Shown here piece after piece: positions 1 through 13,940 of a stretch of DNA of 64,000 bases. Under the pieces are notes generated by a model that saw nothing but the letters and a program-made list of their open reading frames with translations, was not told the origin of the DNA and made no database searches. Within the stretch, counting starts at the first letter, position 1, and the number at the start of each line of letters is the position of its first letter. Both the position numbers and the translations under genes were made by a program. The stretch comes from Octopus vulgaris (taxonomy: Eukaryota), in NCBI GenBank assembly GCA_951406725.2, contig OX597816.1, positions 149,296,001-149,360,000 on the forward strand, given 5' to 3'.

Positions 1-1914
1 CATGACTGTGCTAATACATTCAGTCTGTAAGCTGAATCACTATAGTACATTTTGTCTAACTGACAACACCCATCTCTCTTTATGGTTGAATGATTAGCGA
101 AATATTCCATCCATGCTAGTTTAGTAATGTAAAATGAATAACAAGGACTGATAAACAGAGTTTAAGAAGTGGATTTTATAGTATCAAGAAAATAAAAGAT
201 ATATCTTTTCTTGGAGAATGTCAAACTTAGATAGCATTCATAGATGATCTGCTACCTATACTAAAGTGTGTAGAATTAAGTGAACACAATAAAATGCCTG
301 CAGTTGATTTAAACTCAAGATACATGCAGTCATATGCCAACATCATATGCACTCACCCATTTTACTACTATAAAGGAGAAAGATTTTGCTTAAATTCAAT
401 GCTCTATTAGAGACCTCTTTCTAAATCATAAATACCTGTGGAACTTATCTCCAGTTTCCACAGGTTTGATCTATATTCTTGGTTACAATGCTTACAAACT
501 AGTTTTTCCTAGAAGAGAATTAAACTATATCACAAGCCAATGAATCAGTCATCTGTTTCAAAGAATTGTTGTCTACAGTTGTGAATATACCAAATGATAT
601 CGGGTGCCCACTGAGAGCTAGGAACATAAGAACAAGTGAGAAAGGAAAACTGGACATGGCCAGTCAACATGCTACTAATAGCAGTCAGATCGTCTTCAAA
701 GTATATTCAACTGTTTTAGAAAAATACACAATATTTAAGAGGAAGATGAATAGTTAGTCATGCCTAAAATTATCTTTGATCTGCTCAGTCAGGACTGATC
801 TGTAGCCAAACAACGATTCAGTGGACCTAGCCGCTGAAAACCAAGTACCTTGACCATGAATGGTTTACATAGTGCTGGCTGTCTGGTATCATGTTGTGAG
901 AGATATCCAGTGAACACTCATTATTTTGTTGCAAAGACAATAATTCTCAGGCAAACAAAGTGTATACAGTCGTCCCCTTAAAATGATGCACAAATATAGT
1001 ATTCACTAGAGGGATACAGATAAGTAAACAATCTCTTAGCTTTAACTATCATTGATCAATGTTCAGAAAGGCAACATAAAATAATCATATATACGATCCA
1101 TCGCCTACCAAGTACATACACCAACAATACAGATATATTCTATAACTCAGTACTGAACATTTTCACATTCTATTTATCACACGGTATTGTAAACACACAG
1201 GAAAAGAACATGTGCCTGTTAATCAAAGACTACAAAAGTTCAAGCCAGTAGTTCCTTTGCTAAAATCCACATCGTCAACATTTGACGCTGTCTGTCATCA
1301 ATTATCACTCAGCGACTTCATTTCTCTAATTTTTCGAAAGAAAAGTGTCACTAACCATCATCCTGGCCAAAGACAAAAGAGTTTGTACACACGGAAAGGA
1401 GTTATAATGTTAGAATGTTGTATTAGACAATTTCTATTGAATAGCTCAACAGAAGTTCTATATTATAGCGAAAATTCTGCAAAAATGTTAATCTCGGTGG
1501 CTAAATCTATAAAATCCATGTGATAAAAAGTATAAAAACGTGGAAGGAGAGCTGACCGAATATCAAAGGAAAAGAGAATAATAGTGTGCATGTAATGAAT
1601 GAGAGAGAAAAATAAAAACTCTGAGATAGTTATACTTGTAAAAGAGTAACGGAAACAGAATGGCAACAGATCGAGTGGACAGAGTGAGATAAGATCAAAG
1701 AGGAGGGGTAAATAGCAGAGCGATCGTATTTGAAAGATATTTAGTCTCCGCTACTTCACTAACTTAGCTAACTAGAGTCTGATCCCGTGTACTAGGTACT
1801 TAGTGACTTCTGGAATTGTCATACGGAAATGAGTTAAATTGAAACAAACATTAATGGGTATAAGAAAACGGGAAAAAATCAAACAACAATAACAGCACAG
1901 AAAATTTATCTTAC

Positions 1915-1985
1915 CTGTGGAAGGAAATGCCGCTTCCAGTCTTGTGTTTACTGCTACAACCAAACACAGCACAGAAGTTCACCAT
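1915..1985 (-). CDS. First coding exon of a THAP zinc-finger domain (MVNFCAVFGCSSKHKTGSGISFH-R); rest of domain not found in window
   Basis: Manual translation; not in the ORF track. ATG at 1985, C-x4-C motif, SFHR, then donor CAG|GTAAGA (phase 2) at the position where THAP genes commonly have an intron. Confidence 0.8.
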
Positions 1986-3578
1986 CTTTCTACAGTGTTT
2001 TCATTCAAAGCAATATGGCTGCCCACATATACATCCAAGCATGTCGGCCGCTCACTCAGTTGGTCGGTGGGTTGGTCGGCTTAGTTCACTGCTGCTGCTG
2101 ATCCTTAGGATTTTATTCTTCCTTTCATTTTTTTTGTTGTTCTTTCATTCCATCATTTCATTCTTTATTGGTTGGTTTATCTTCCATTCGTTTGGGTGTG
2201 TTCTTCAAATTCCATCGCTATTTAATTCAGATTGGTTTGCTTGCTTTCTTATGAGATAATTCCAAAACGGAAGTGTAATCGATTAATGAATTATCTTGTA
2301 TTTTAACCACTGGAATCGACAACTATCAATGAACCAGCGTAACATATTTATTGAATGGACCTGCTCGAGTTTATAAACTTTATAAATTGCTTCAAAAATT
2401 GCTGCAGAAAACATTTTGGTGAGATTCTTTCTCTCTCTCTTTTTTTTTTTTTAGGGGTTTTCAGAGAGACTAATAAAAAATGAAAACGTTCACATTATAT
2501 ACAGAAAAAGCAATTCTTGTCAATCATCAGAACCACGAACACCACATTAATTATATGTGTTCACATGAGAGCATCAGTCCATTTGCTGGCATAGTTTTTC
2601 ATTTCTCGCAGTCAAAATACAAGATAACGAAATACACTTCCATTCGATCTTTGACTACGGATCGATTTTTTAATTTTTCAGGGTCATTTCCTTTACAACG
2701 AAGAAAATTAACTTTTATTTAATTATGAATACACCTCATAACAAACACGTGTGGAGCAAAACATTAAAAAAATCTAAGCATCGAATAAGATCATACATAG
2801 TGATTCCAACGATCTTAAAATGCTGGAAGATAAAATTCAGCAAACATTTTCCAAGCACTGACATAAAAACGCAGATAGGTGGGTATTAAGCAAAAAACAT
2901 CATTACACTTTAAATCAAATAAAAAAAACATTTCTTTCTCTAGAATGTCATATTTTAGAAAAAAATATCAACAATAAATATATGATATCTATATTTTCAA
3001 TCTGATTCATGCTATCATCATCCAAAAGCAAACAATTTTCATATCCTCATGTTCTATTGAACAGAAATGTCTTAAACCTACATAAGTAGAGCTTTATAGA
3101 GGTTGTAAAAACAACTAGGATCCTTCGCAATTCTAACAGAACAGTTACGCAACTGCGACGACCTTTATACACAAGTGGAGGTGAGGTGAGGATGATTTTT
3201 ATTAATTTCGAACAGATAAAACGAAAGTAAAGCGGTCAAGGATTTGTTGCAATTACGTCGCCATCCTGTTTATTCATTTCACAACACAATAACTACCTAA
3301 GAACATTACACGATTGTATAAACAAACAGTTGATTTTACATCAACAATAATTGTTGGATTTTATTTTGCTTTTCATAAATCAAAATTCATCCAAAAATCC
3401 AATACTTAAAAAAAAACAAAAAAAACATCTAGACTGCAACTACTCGTTATTGCCGAATCAATCGATTATATTCTCAACTTCAGCAATGTTAGAAATTATC
3501 ATTATTAATTCGGAAGTGTAAACTCACCTGTAAAAAAATGAACACATGGCATATCGATTTTGTCAGTACTTTTCTTAC

Positions 3579-3759
3579 CGCGATTAGAACATTTTGTCGG
3601 TGGCATATTCCGGAGTTCAGCTTCCTTTTTTCTCCAGTCCCGAACAAGTTTTTCATTAACACTAAATTGTCTCCCGGCTTCAGAATTATTGGTTTTCAGA
3701 GCCAGCATCACAACTTGTAGTTTAAATTTTGAAGTATATTTCATTCGTTTAAAACCCAT
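3579..3759 (-). CDS. Brinker-type HTH DNA-binding-domain exon (pogo-family transposase-derived)
   Basis: MGFKRMKYTSKFKLQVV...NNSEAGRQFSVNEKLVRDWRKK fits the BrkDBD pattern. Phase-1 donor GCG|GTAAGA after 3579; an alternative phase-1 donor CAG|GTGAGT follows 3528. Confidence 0.8.
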
Positions 3760-4277
3760 TTTTATTCAGATTTGTTTCCGTTTTCGAAGTAGTGCAAATA
3801 TTTCCCTAACCTGAGTTAGTTGATTTCAGTTTGTTGAAAGTTCTATTTAGAAAAAAAGCTAACGATTTTTCATCCGTGCAAGGAGAAATCACTTCCTCCT
3901 TTCACTGCATCTTTCCGAATGATTTCTAACTTAAAAAAAAAAAACAATAACAAAAAAAAAACACGAAGCTTGTTTTAACCGGAAGTTCGGATTGCGTCTT
4001 ACATTCCTAAGTCTTTTATAATGTTTGAAAATATCGAAAAGAATGAGAAGATGAATGGTTATTATAAAAATGGCTGCGAAGTTCTCAAACTATTTATCGA
4101 TCACTTTCTGTCTATTACAATTGGTGTTTGAGATTAAGAGGAAATGTTTATTCATTGGATGAACAATGCTTAATATGAAATGGAAATTTGAATCTTGTAA
4201 GTCGATTGTTTAGAAGGGAATTTCGAGTTTTAATCTCTATTTCATGCAATACAATCAATTCTGAACATTATACATAC

Positions 4278-4281
4278 AAAC

Positions 4282-4356
<75 letters not shown>

Positions 4357-4378
4357 ACGAGAGAGAGAGAGAGAGAGC
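4278..4378. repeat. (TA)n/(CA)n/(GA)n compound microsatellite
   Basis: Dinucleotide runs visible directly. Confidence 0.95.
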
Positions 4379-6407
4379 GAAATGATCCCTCCCTTCCAAT
4401 ATACTGATAATAAATTTTCCTTTATTTCTACTCGAAGCTTGCAAAGAAATACATTTTCTCATTAAATAGTGTCTGCATTCCTTTTTTATTTGGGTTCCTT
4501 AGCCCGTATTTCCCCCTGTACCAGTTCACTATTCCGATCACATCTCCACCCCTATACACACAATAAGAAAAAAGAAGTCCAATACAATACAATTTATTGC
4601 ATAGGATTGACAACCTTATATTAATTTAACATTAATGTCCTTTAAAAAAAAAATCAACAATAAGGAAAATAAACAGCAAAAAAGGTGTGAATAATGCTGA
4701 AGAATAAAAAGAAATCCACACTGGGAAAGAGAGATAGAAAGAGGGAAAGAGAAAGAGAGAGAGTTGTGAGGTTTTCAGCAAACCCAGGATCCGAACTAGA
4801 TTCCCGATGGAAATAGCTGCACAATGTTATTAACACTTGGAAGGGGATAGTCGTAATATCTTTTTCTCATTTCACATAAAACAATTTTTCTAATCTCACC
4901 TCTACAGGACTACATTTCTCTGAAATTCAATTGCATTCTCTTTACCTATTTTATCGAATCTCCATTTAGAAATACTAAAAACTGTTCATTGTTCTCCAAT
5001 AAGAAATGTATAATTTGAAAACAGAACCTCCTCAATTAAAAACCAATTAATAAAAGTATCTTCCACCTTATATAGAACATTTAATAACGTGTTAACTCAG
5101 CTCCACATTACTTAGTTTTGTAGGAGCAGGTAAGTGCCTACATCCCATTCTTTTGTTGAGGGTGAGTGTGGATATTGAAATCTTTCTACTTTGCGATATT
5201 CTGTATATTTTATTGTAATGTCTTCGTCAAAGAAGAACTGGGCCCAGAACACTTTTCAGAGCCTCAATAACTGCTTTCAGGAATTTTATCCTCAGATCGG
5301 GGTTCTGGTGAATATTCTCGCAATAGAATGGGCTCCGCTCACTCAAGGTGGGAATTAAACCGTACAAGAGATTAAGTTTTCCACCCAAGAACAGGAACGG
5401 TCCTTCCAATGAACTTTCACTCAGTTTCTCTCTAACTTCATTCACAACACATTGAAACTGTCAGAAAACCTTTGCCGAAGGTATTGTGTAGAGGAACCTG
5501 AAACAACGCAGCCACGAAGCGATGCTTCCATTTGCACAGCTATACTCACGCCCACTATATGCTTTGATTGTGCGTCTGCATCGATCAAGAGCTAGACAAC
5601 TGTTATTAATCATTCCAGTCCAGTAAATGCGTTAATGATTTTGTTTGGGCGGTATTAAAGAATTAAGTACTCAGAATGAAAGCTGCATCGGAAATGTATG
5701 CTCCTAACGCAAAGTTCCTAAGTCACCCTTTCAGTTCGTTTCTAAGTTTTCTGGGAAAAGACATAACGAATTTCTCCCACCCTCTTTAAGCAAAGTCTAT
5801 GCAAAGATGAACAGTTATAAATCCGTATTTTGCGCGAACTAACCTGAAGTTTGTTTATAAATCCATATTATTGGAGAAAAAAGAAAACCGGAGGTAATTG
5901 TTTACTATTAACGGGCTTGTTTACATTTGAACATGCGTTGCCAAAATCATTAAGACGGGATTTTATGATCCAAAGTAGTCACCATTCTACATTTACTTTC
6001 AAGGAAATGTACTTAGGAATACAGTATCCAATGAGTTCTTCCTTTATTTAAGACCGTGCCGTGTTCATTTGAAGGAAATAAGGATATCTTTAGCAGGTTG
6101 GGGCCCTGCATCGGGTTGCGTCATTCCTTGAAGTAAGACATACTTCTATAACTTCTGTGACGTCATGATAACTCGAATCTTAATCTGACCAATCAGAATG
6201 AGGTAGAAGGTTCGAAAAATTAAGCATCATTATAGAGATGGTGTTGGCGACACAGTGCTGAGTGAGAGAAGAAAACAGCACGAATTGGATAACTATGAAC
6301 AAACGAAACAAAGCAGAAAGGAAGAAACAATATAGATGGACTACAAATTATGCTCATGAACTGAAGAAAAAAAAACATAAAGCAGGTTTCATAGATAGTT
6401 TCTTTAC

Positions 6408-6648
6408 CAAGGTAAATCGTTGGGAGATCATAAGGACTTTCCTTACGGTTGTTCCAGAAATGCCTGCTGCACACCCGATGGTCACGACTTATATGCTTTA
6501 CTTCTTCGTAATTATTTGGGTCATAGCCAGCTCGTCGCATCCACTCATTTCTTAAATGGATATTTTTCCATGGCAGACGGTAGAAGCTAATCGGTCCACC
6601 TTTCTTCTGAAGGGACCGACAGCCTTTCACTATACATTTGGTTGGCAT
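6408..6648 (-). CDS. Complete THAP domain exon (copy A)
   Basis: MPTKCIVKGC...FYRLP...W...VCSRHF...LPTIYL contains the C2CH THAP signature and an AVPTIF-like box. 241 nt, phase-1 donor TTG|GTAAAG. Polypyrimidine acceptor ...TTTTGCTGTTGCAG| before 6726. Confidence 0.88.
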
Positions 6649-7264
6649 TTGTAGCAAACCGCAGAATAAAACCAGTTATGCAAATCAGTGAACCTACATG
6701 AATTTTTCTAAATTTCGAGATGACATCTGCAACAGCAAAAGGAAAAATACCCTAAAGATATGTCGTGTAAACCACCAATCTACCTGCTTCTGATTGGTTG
6801 GTTGATAGAACTATTTAAACAGCATAGAAACTCACTAACACCCGCATCTTTTCAAAATTCCACCTTAATTTAGAATATATTAAGAATAGCAATCACAAAA
6901 AATAATTCTTAAAATAGAGCGTATATTTTAATCTACAAGTAGAATTGATAAATTTCCGTTTGTCGCGATTAAATTTATAATGTTCAAATCACAAATTCCT
7001 ACAGAGAGAAACAATGGAAGATATAACAAGTACTTAATGTAATTCTTTTCTTAAGATCACAGAAGGATTGATACATTATTCAGTCGTTAATACACACTAA
7101 ACACCTTACGTGATAATTATGTAATTAAACTGACTGAAACAGATATACCTCACTGAAACTATATTTTTAGGATTGATAAAATTAATAACAAAAGTGCCGA
7201 TGTTCATGCAAAATAATAATAAAAAAAACAATTTTTACAATCACTTCAGTAATCCACTTTTTCA

Positions 7265-7700
7265 ATGCGGTCGTCGTCGGCATTAAATCATATCCGAGTA
7301 GTTAATCTGTAGCGAGTGATTAGGCCTCTTTATCCTGATGGCTAGGAAGGGTGCCGATGCCCGAGGTACCTGTTCAGGTATAGAAGGGCAATTATCGCAG
7401 AGGATTGGTCGTCGGTGGGTGGGTGGGAGTCACTGTTTGCGTCTTCGACGTCTGATCTCTACCTCTTGATGCCTGTTATTTTCCATCTGGTTCGTTCCCT
7501 CGACGATGACATGCTGCCACTTGGGCGGTCCTTGGCGATTCTCTCCCAGGTATTTGGGTCAATGGAGCAGCGGAGGAGAGTAGCTTTAAGCTGGTTTCGG
7601 AAATGGTCTGGTGCTTGAGGCCAACTCCACAAAGAGGAATTGGCGGGTGAGGGGAATTTGAGGTATACGTATGAAGCGACCCGACTAGCGGAGGAGCAAA
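7265..7700 (-). mobile_element. RTE-clade LINE 3' fragment
   Basis: Minus-strand translation contains ...FRNQLKATLLRCSIDPNTWERIAKDRPS..., typical of RTE ORF C-termini; GC-richer than flanks. Confidence 0.6.
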
Positions 7701-9199
7701 TGTTTTTGTTTTGAAACGTATTGCATCATAGACTCTATAAAAGTCAGAACTACAATTTTAACTTCGGGCTCATATTTTTAAAAATTAACTCTAAGGACAC
7801 CAAACCTATACAGAATACAAATATATGAGACCAAAACCTACAAATTACTTAATGGTATATATACAACAAAGATATATTCTCTCAGTCACCCACGTTTATA
7901 ATTGTAGAAGATATCACTCAAATCCTGCCATTTCTAAACATCAGCTCCAACCACTTAGTTGTTTCCAAACAATTAAATGAAAAGAAGCACATACCAGTTC
8001 CACTGCTTCCCTTACCAGCAAAATCAAATAAAAATATCCATCATACTCAATATCATAGATACACAGAAACAAAAATATCAGTAATTGTATGTAATGCCTC
8101 GAAGATATTTATAGTACAAATAGTAGACAGTCAAGAAAGCAAAATGCTGTGCAAACATCGCTCAGAAGTTCTCTGCAGTCATAGACCAGTAGATGTTCAA
8201 CATTAACATCAACTGCATTCATCTCACCAGTCTATGAGCACCTGCAAACCTTATGACCACTACCTATTTGATTAGCCCTTAAAAAATTGTTCAACACTAA
8301 TCCTGCAAGTAATACATTAGATTAATCACAGATTTATAAAAATAGCAACATCAATAGCCTTATTATTGCGGAAGAGCATGCTGAGATGCACATCATGAAT
8401 GGCAATGCAAAGGAACAGCAACTGTCATGAGTCAATTGAGTTTACCTTGACTGTAGTTACTAGAACAGCTCGATTATGTCCATAAACCAATAAATGTCAG
8501 AGTGCACAGTATAGACCTCAACTAGATGGCAGTAGAATGCACTTAGTGGCTTCAAAACAAAGAATATTTGTTATACACCGTTCTTAAGAGCCACAGACTG
8601 GTCATATAGTCTGTTTGAAATAACAAGAAAATCCCCCCAAATCACACAATATTATCTTACAAAATACTCAATAAATAATGCTGTTCTGAGCCTTCAGTTT
8701 AAAGGAAAACAACAGGTAGGTCATGTTTGGAATAACTCTGGTCATAGATCTGTCTTGATCAGGACTGACTTCGAGTTAAACAACAACAGTTACAGATATA
8801 AATCAAGTCCTCAATCTAATCTGACATTTAGTCATTATTATATTGATTTCTAATATGGCTACAAAATCACTAATTTTATGAGAGAATATAGTTAATTGTT
8901 ATAACACTGAAAAGATAAAGTGCAAAGTTGATACTGGGGCGATTTGAACCTAGAATATAAGGAAACATAGCTTACATAACTCAAAGCATTTTGTCATAGG
9001 CTCTATTGATGAAACCATCAACTGTCCTTTAATAATGATGTTTTCTTAACTCATGTACATTAAAAATGTATACTCTGTAGTTCTGGGTTAAAAGGAAAGC
9101 TTACTCCTTCAGCACAGTACTGCATACTAAATAATTTACTCCATCAATAATATATTCAAAAGATCAATATTGATTGTAAAGTGTTACACATATATGATA

Positions 9200-9945
9200 T
9201 ACGATGGCTGCCTTTGGGACCTAGTAAACATCTGAATATACAGAACAAAATGTCAAGTTGGTCGCACAGGTTGATTTTTGCATGAAATTATTGACCATTG
9301 GTTCAAACACAACCATAGTTATATTTTGTGACATGTAGAGCATGACTTTTAATACAGGTAGCATCATAGCAACTATTTGACAAGACATGTGATAACAAGC
9401 ACTTCAAACATGACTGCACATCAGTGAAAAGCAAGGCATGCTCAGGCAGGCCATCCACAAACTGAAATGAGGAGCTGATTCAGAAGGTCTGGCAAATAGT
9501 CTGAAAGACCATTGTGTAACAAGCCAGGAAATTGCTCACAAAGTGAGGAACAAGCACAAGTTCGAGGCATTCCATTTTAACAAGATTTGTACAAGCACAC
9601 AGTGTCAGCGAAATTCATCCCCAAAATGCAGAAGCATGGAAATCATTCAGGACATGCTGGAGTGTGCAAACCATGAAAACCATCATCACTGGTGATGAGA
9701 CATGGGTTTATGGCCTCTGCTCGATGTATATAGTCATCTTTTGTGAAAACGAAAATCTGATGAGAGGATACTACATGGCAGTATTCTAAGCGCAACAGCT
9801 GGGAAATGACATGGTCTGACAGTGTGAAAATTTTCATGTATGCACAGAAAATGTGGTGTTACCTCCCATCCAGATGATTTTGCCCACATGACATTAGTTT
9901 TGGCAGGAAAAAATAAAATTGGATACTTTTGGAATACACTTCATA
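9200..9945 (+). mobile_element. Decayed mariner (DD34D) transposon
   Basis: ITGDETWVYG motif at ~9685-9715; interrupted frames; TA-flanked ends. Confidence 0.7.
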
Positions 9946-12511
9946 TATATATATAAATATATATAGGCCTGCATTATCCACTGTGTAACTTTTTAATTAT
10001 AAATTACTTGTTTATAAGACTGATCTGTATATTTTGAGTAGGGTTAAAGGATATGGCTGCTTTTTCAGACAGGTAGAGATCCCACCATTAATCTGTACTA
10101 TGTCTCATGACAATAAATGAGATCAAGTAAATTATAATGAAAGAATCTATTCAGAATAGTTTGCAGCTAATTAATTGCTGCTGTCCTGTATGACAAAGGG
10201 TATCATATTCTACTCTTGTATAAATAATAATCTTCTATTGCAAGAGATGATTTTATATAGATCAATTAGATGACAATTTTGTTCAGGTTAGTTTTGATTC
10301 ATTCAGAAGTGTAAAATAATGAAATGTGATGAAATGAGATAACATCTAAAATAGATTTAAGAGACACAATTTACATTCTATATAAGAAAGGTATAAAGGG
10401 AAAACAATTCATTTGTATAAAAAGAAGAAACAAACTTGTACTTATATAATTAAATCTGCACTTAGTAAGTATGTAGTTTTGAACAAATATTATAGATACG
10501 TCAGAGTTAAGATGCACTAAGTAAACTGTGTCAATAAGAATCGTTTCATTAATATTAATAATGCAATGGGGAAAACGTTAACCCTTTAGCATTCAGATTT
10601 CTCTGACAAATATAATGCTTATCTATGCATTGCCATACAGCTTTGAGATTTTAATGACATGATTATTTATGATTAGAATAATATTGTAGGCTACGTGTGA
10701 GACGACAGATCTGGCTAATTTGAAGATAAAGCAGGTAAATTATTTTAGCCAGATATGGCCAGTTTAAATACTAAAAGGTTAAACATACTTCCCACCAAAC
10801 TCATAATGCTCCATGTATTTGGAAACATCATTTTTAATTCTACTGACAAAATCAACATAGGAAAAGCATTAAAAGAATCACTACTATCACTGTAACACAA
10901 TAGTGTAGTTTGTAGTCACCTTTATCAGTATGCTACAATTAAAGTCTTCATGTAACTATACCCTACGAAATATTCTCAAGTTCATTGAACACACTACTCT
11001 AACCAACTTTCAGAAGCTTTTCCTATACACACATCATCCACATATGTCATTAAATGTCTATGTGGTGAAATTTCTCTAAGGTAAAATTTATAGCCAAATT
11101 CACAACCCACTTATGATTCTATACTGGAACGGTTTTCAGGTGCCACTAATACTTTTGTAAAAGTCATGACCATTCCAACGCTACACACTCTTTGTTTTAG
11201 AGTGAATCGAAATTATATGTACATGTAAGGTGCACATAAAACTGAGTGGTTCGCTATGCAGTTAAATGGAACAAGGGAGGTAAGTACGGATTTTAGTAAA
11301 ATCCAGAAAAGGCTAATTTTAGGAATAACTGAAGAAAGTGGTAATAGCGAGATATTTTTTTATGCCAACGAAAATCATCGATGTGTTTTTTGTTTATTTA
11401 TATAATTTTACACAGATATAAAGCTTCAGATTTAATAACGTTCAATAGTAGTCATTTGGCATTGCAAGCTTAGTTTCAAAGATTCCATGCCAGAAACACC
11501 TTCAACCAAGAACATATACTTTCAACTATTCAATGGCACTGATCTGTACAAAAAACATTTGGATGCAATTACCAATCTTCTGTGGGTTGGTTTTTTTTTT
11601 TGTGTTTAAGAAATCCCACCACTAACAAAGAATTTTGAAAGCTCGTTTAACGACTTTTTCAGTAAAACAAGCAAAACCCACAGGGACGTTGGAGAAAAAC
11701 AATAAAACGTAGAATGTCAAATACAAACGTACTGATCGGGAAAGTAAAAACAAAAGGTCGATATTTCTAAGCAATCATCAGAACCTTAATTCACCAGCTT
11801 GTTCTCAAAATCTCTCTCGGAACAACTACTTTACTACAGTAGATCTAAATTTGTCGAATACAATCCCTAGCATCATACAGTAAAAAGGAAACAACTATAA
11901 CAATACTAACATCAAGCAATTAATTTTAAAATATATTTTCTCAAGTGTAGATGTTAACTCCATACAAGATTGAAAATCTCCATAAAGATTTTTGGGAAGA
12001 TACTAAGAAGCGCAAGTTTATTGGCCAACCTACTAGAAATGTGAATAATCATCTCGTTTTTCACTCAAAATTTGCGTTTAATCTCGGGAATATTCCCTTT
12101 ATTTTTTCAATCTCATTTAGAATATTGTTGTTTAGCCTCTGTAGTCATACATGATATAATAAAGCTGATTGGGATGTTTAACTTTTATTTTTAATTCTCA
12201 ATGCAACCCAAGAAGAGACTAACATTAATATATTATGATAAAACGAAATTCAGTAGCAGTGGAATATAAAGAACGAATATAGAACAATATAGTGAACAGC
12301 AAATAAACCTAATATATTCTTAAATTTCCCAGCTTATGCAAATCTGTAGGGCATGATCGGTAAAATTTTACTATAGAATAATTCTTACCAATTCTGGCAC
12401 ATAGTGAAAGAAGGGGGAAAAACAACAACCAATATACAAATAGATACATATACACTCATGCATATATGTGTACATAGAAGTTATGAAGTGAGAAGCAGAA
12501 CTTATCAGTAC

Positions 12512-12755
12512 CGTATTTCGGTATGTATAAACAGCATTTCTGCATAGCACTCAGCCATTCTTTCGCTTGCTTGTTATCATCAGCTGTATTTACTTTCGGC
12601 AGTTTCTCGAGCTTATCTTTCTGCTTTCGCCATTCTCTGACCGATTTCTCATCGACAGTGAATTGTCGACCAGCAGCTCGGTTCCCATGTATTTCGGCAT
12701 AAGCTATCACTTTTAACTTCTGTTTAGCAGAGAACGATTTTCGCGCACGACCCAT
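12512..12755 (-). CDS. Brinker-type HTH DNA-binding-domain exon (second copy)
   Basis: MGRARKSFSAKQKLKVIAYAEIHGNRAAGRQFTVDEKSVREWRKQK is a BrkDBD as in POGK-like pogo transposases. 3' boundary uncertain: weak phase-1 donor ACG|GTACTG after 12512, or phase-0 AAA|GTAAAT near 12593. Confidence 0.75.
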
Positions 12756-13697
12756 GATAAACACTAAAGTCTGCCTTTGTTGCTTACACAGTTATCCAAA
12801 CAGTTTGCAGCGCCACCTTATGATGCTAAATGAATTAACGATAACTCTCGACTTCAGTTCACTTTTTTCCCCCTAATGTAGCTGAACTTGCAATTATAAC
12901 TTGATACATTTTTTTTTACGAACTCGAATGATATAAAATGTTCCTTTACATGGAAAGTACTTTCGAGGCCAATACTTAAATTTTGCCTTAAGTAGGTAAA
13001 TTTTTTTGCACACAATCATTAAAACGAAAATTATTTCAACCAAATGTAAAATTCGTAAGGAAGTTGATTTACCGAAAATGTAAGAATTGTTCGTGCAACA
13101 GCGTGATGTTTTGGAAGGCAATTCAGTGAGAAAATAATAAGAGTTAGTTTCTCAATAAAATATAAAACATGAGAATTTCTTGAATATGTATGAGAAGTTG
13201 GGAATAATTGTCTCTATTCAACATTGTGTTCATTTCAAATGAGGCGCGTAAAACTCAGCTCTGAGAAAAGTTCTAAGGTTAAACCGAACAGAATAAACTT
13301 TTAAATATCTCATGTTATCCTCGTTATTACAAGCCTTTAATTCTTAATTTGGGGACATCTTGTGATTTATTTTCTAATGATGTAAGAGGAAATAATATCT
13401 ATTTGGGACATGTTTATCAAGAAGCGATCAATAAGATAAGCCTTTAATTTAGAGACAGAAATACATATACAAACATTAAGAGTCCGGGATAAGAACAAGA
13501 AATGACAGGAGGAAAAAAATATCCGTGATGCAAAAAGCATCAGAAAATTTTTGCCAATGTATCAACTACGTGTTTAGGATGGGATCCCTTCAAAAGAGTG
13601 ACATAACATGTTTTTAAGTTAATATTACATCCCGCGAAGAGGAAAGTATTGCAATTTCTTTTTGCTTTTATGTTTGTGTCAATCTTTACTTTTCAGT

Positions 13698-13940
13698 TCA
13701 AGAGCTTGTATTACTTTCTCCCTGCAAGCGGTGCATGATTATGTGCTTTTTTCTCTCGGATATCCAACCACCAAGTGCGTTAAAAAGTGGAACTCCACGA
13801 AGAGTTACAGAACCATTACAGCTTTTGTACTCACACCTGAAGTAATGATTCTTGTCCCGAGATCGTTGGTGTCGGTAGGTTGTATTCCCTAAAGGATAGT
13901 TTGCCCTTACCTTTCTAGGATTTGACAAATTTGTATTCAT
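13698..13940 (-). pseudogene. FLYWCH-like zinc-finger exon, apparently frameshifted
   Basis: Y-R...YFRCEYKSCNGSVTL. The expected HNH motif (KAHNHAP) is in a neighbouring frame just after an A-run at ~13747-13752. Confidence 0.5.

Noticed and set aside
5227-5445. 72-aa minus-strand ORF within the array
   Set aside because: No DNA-binding motif or donor recognised; possibly an old LINE fragment.
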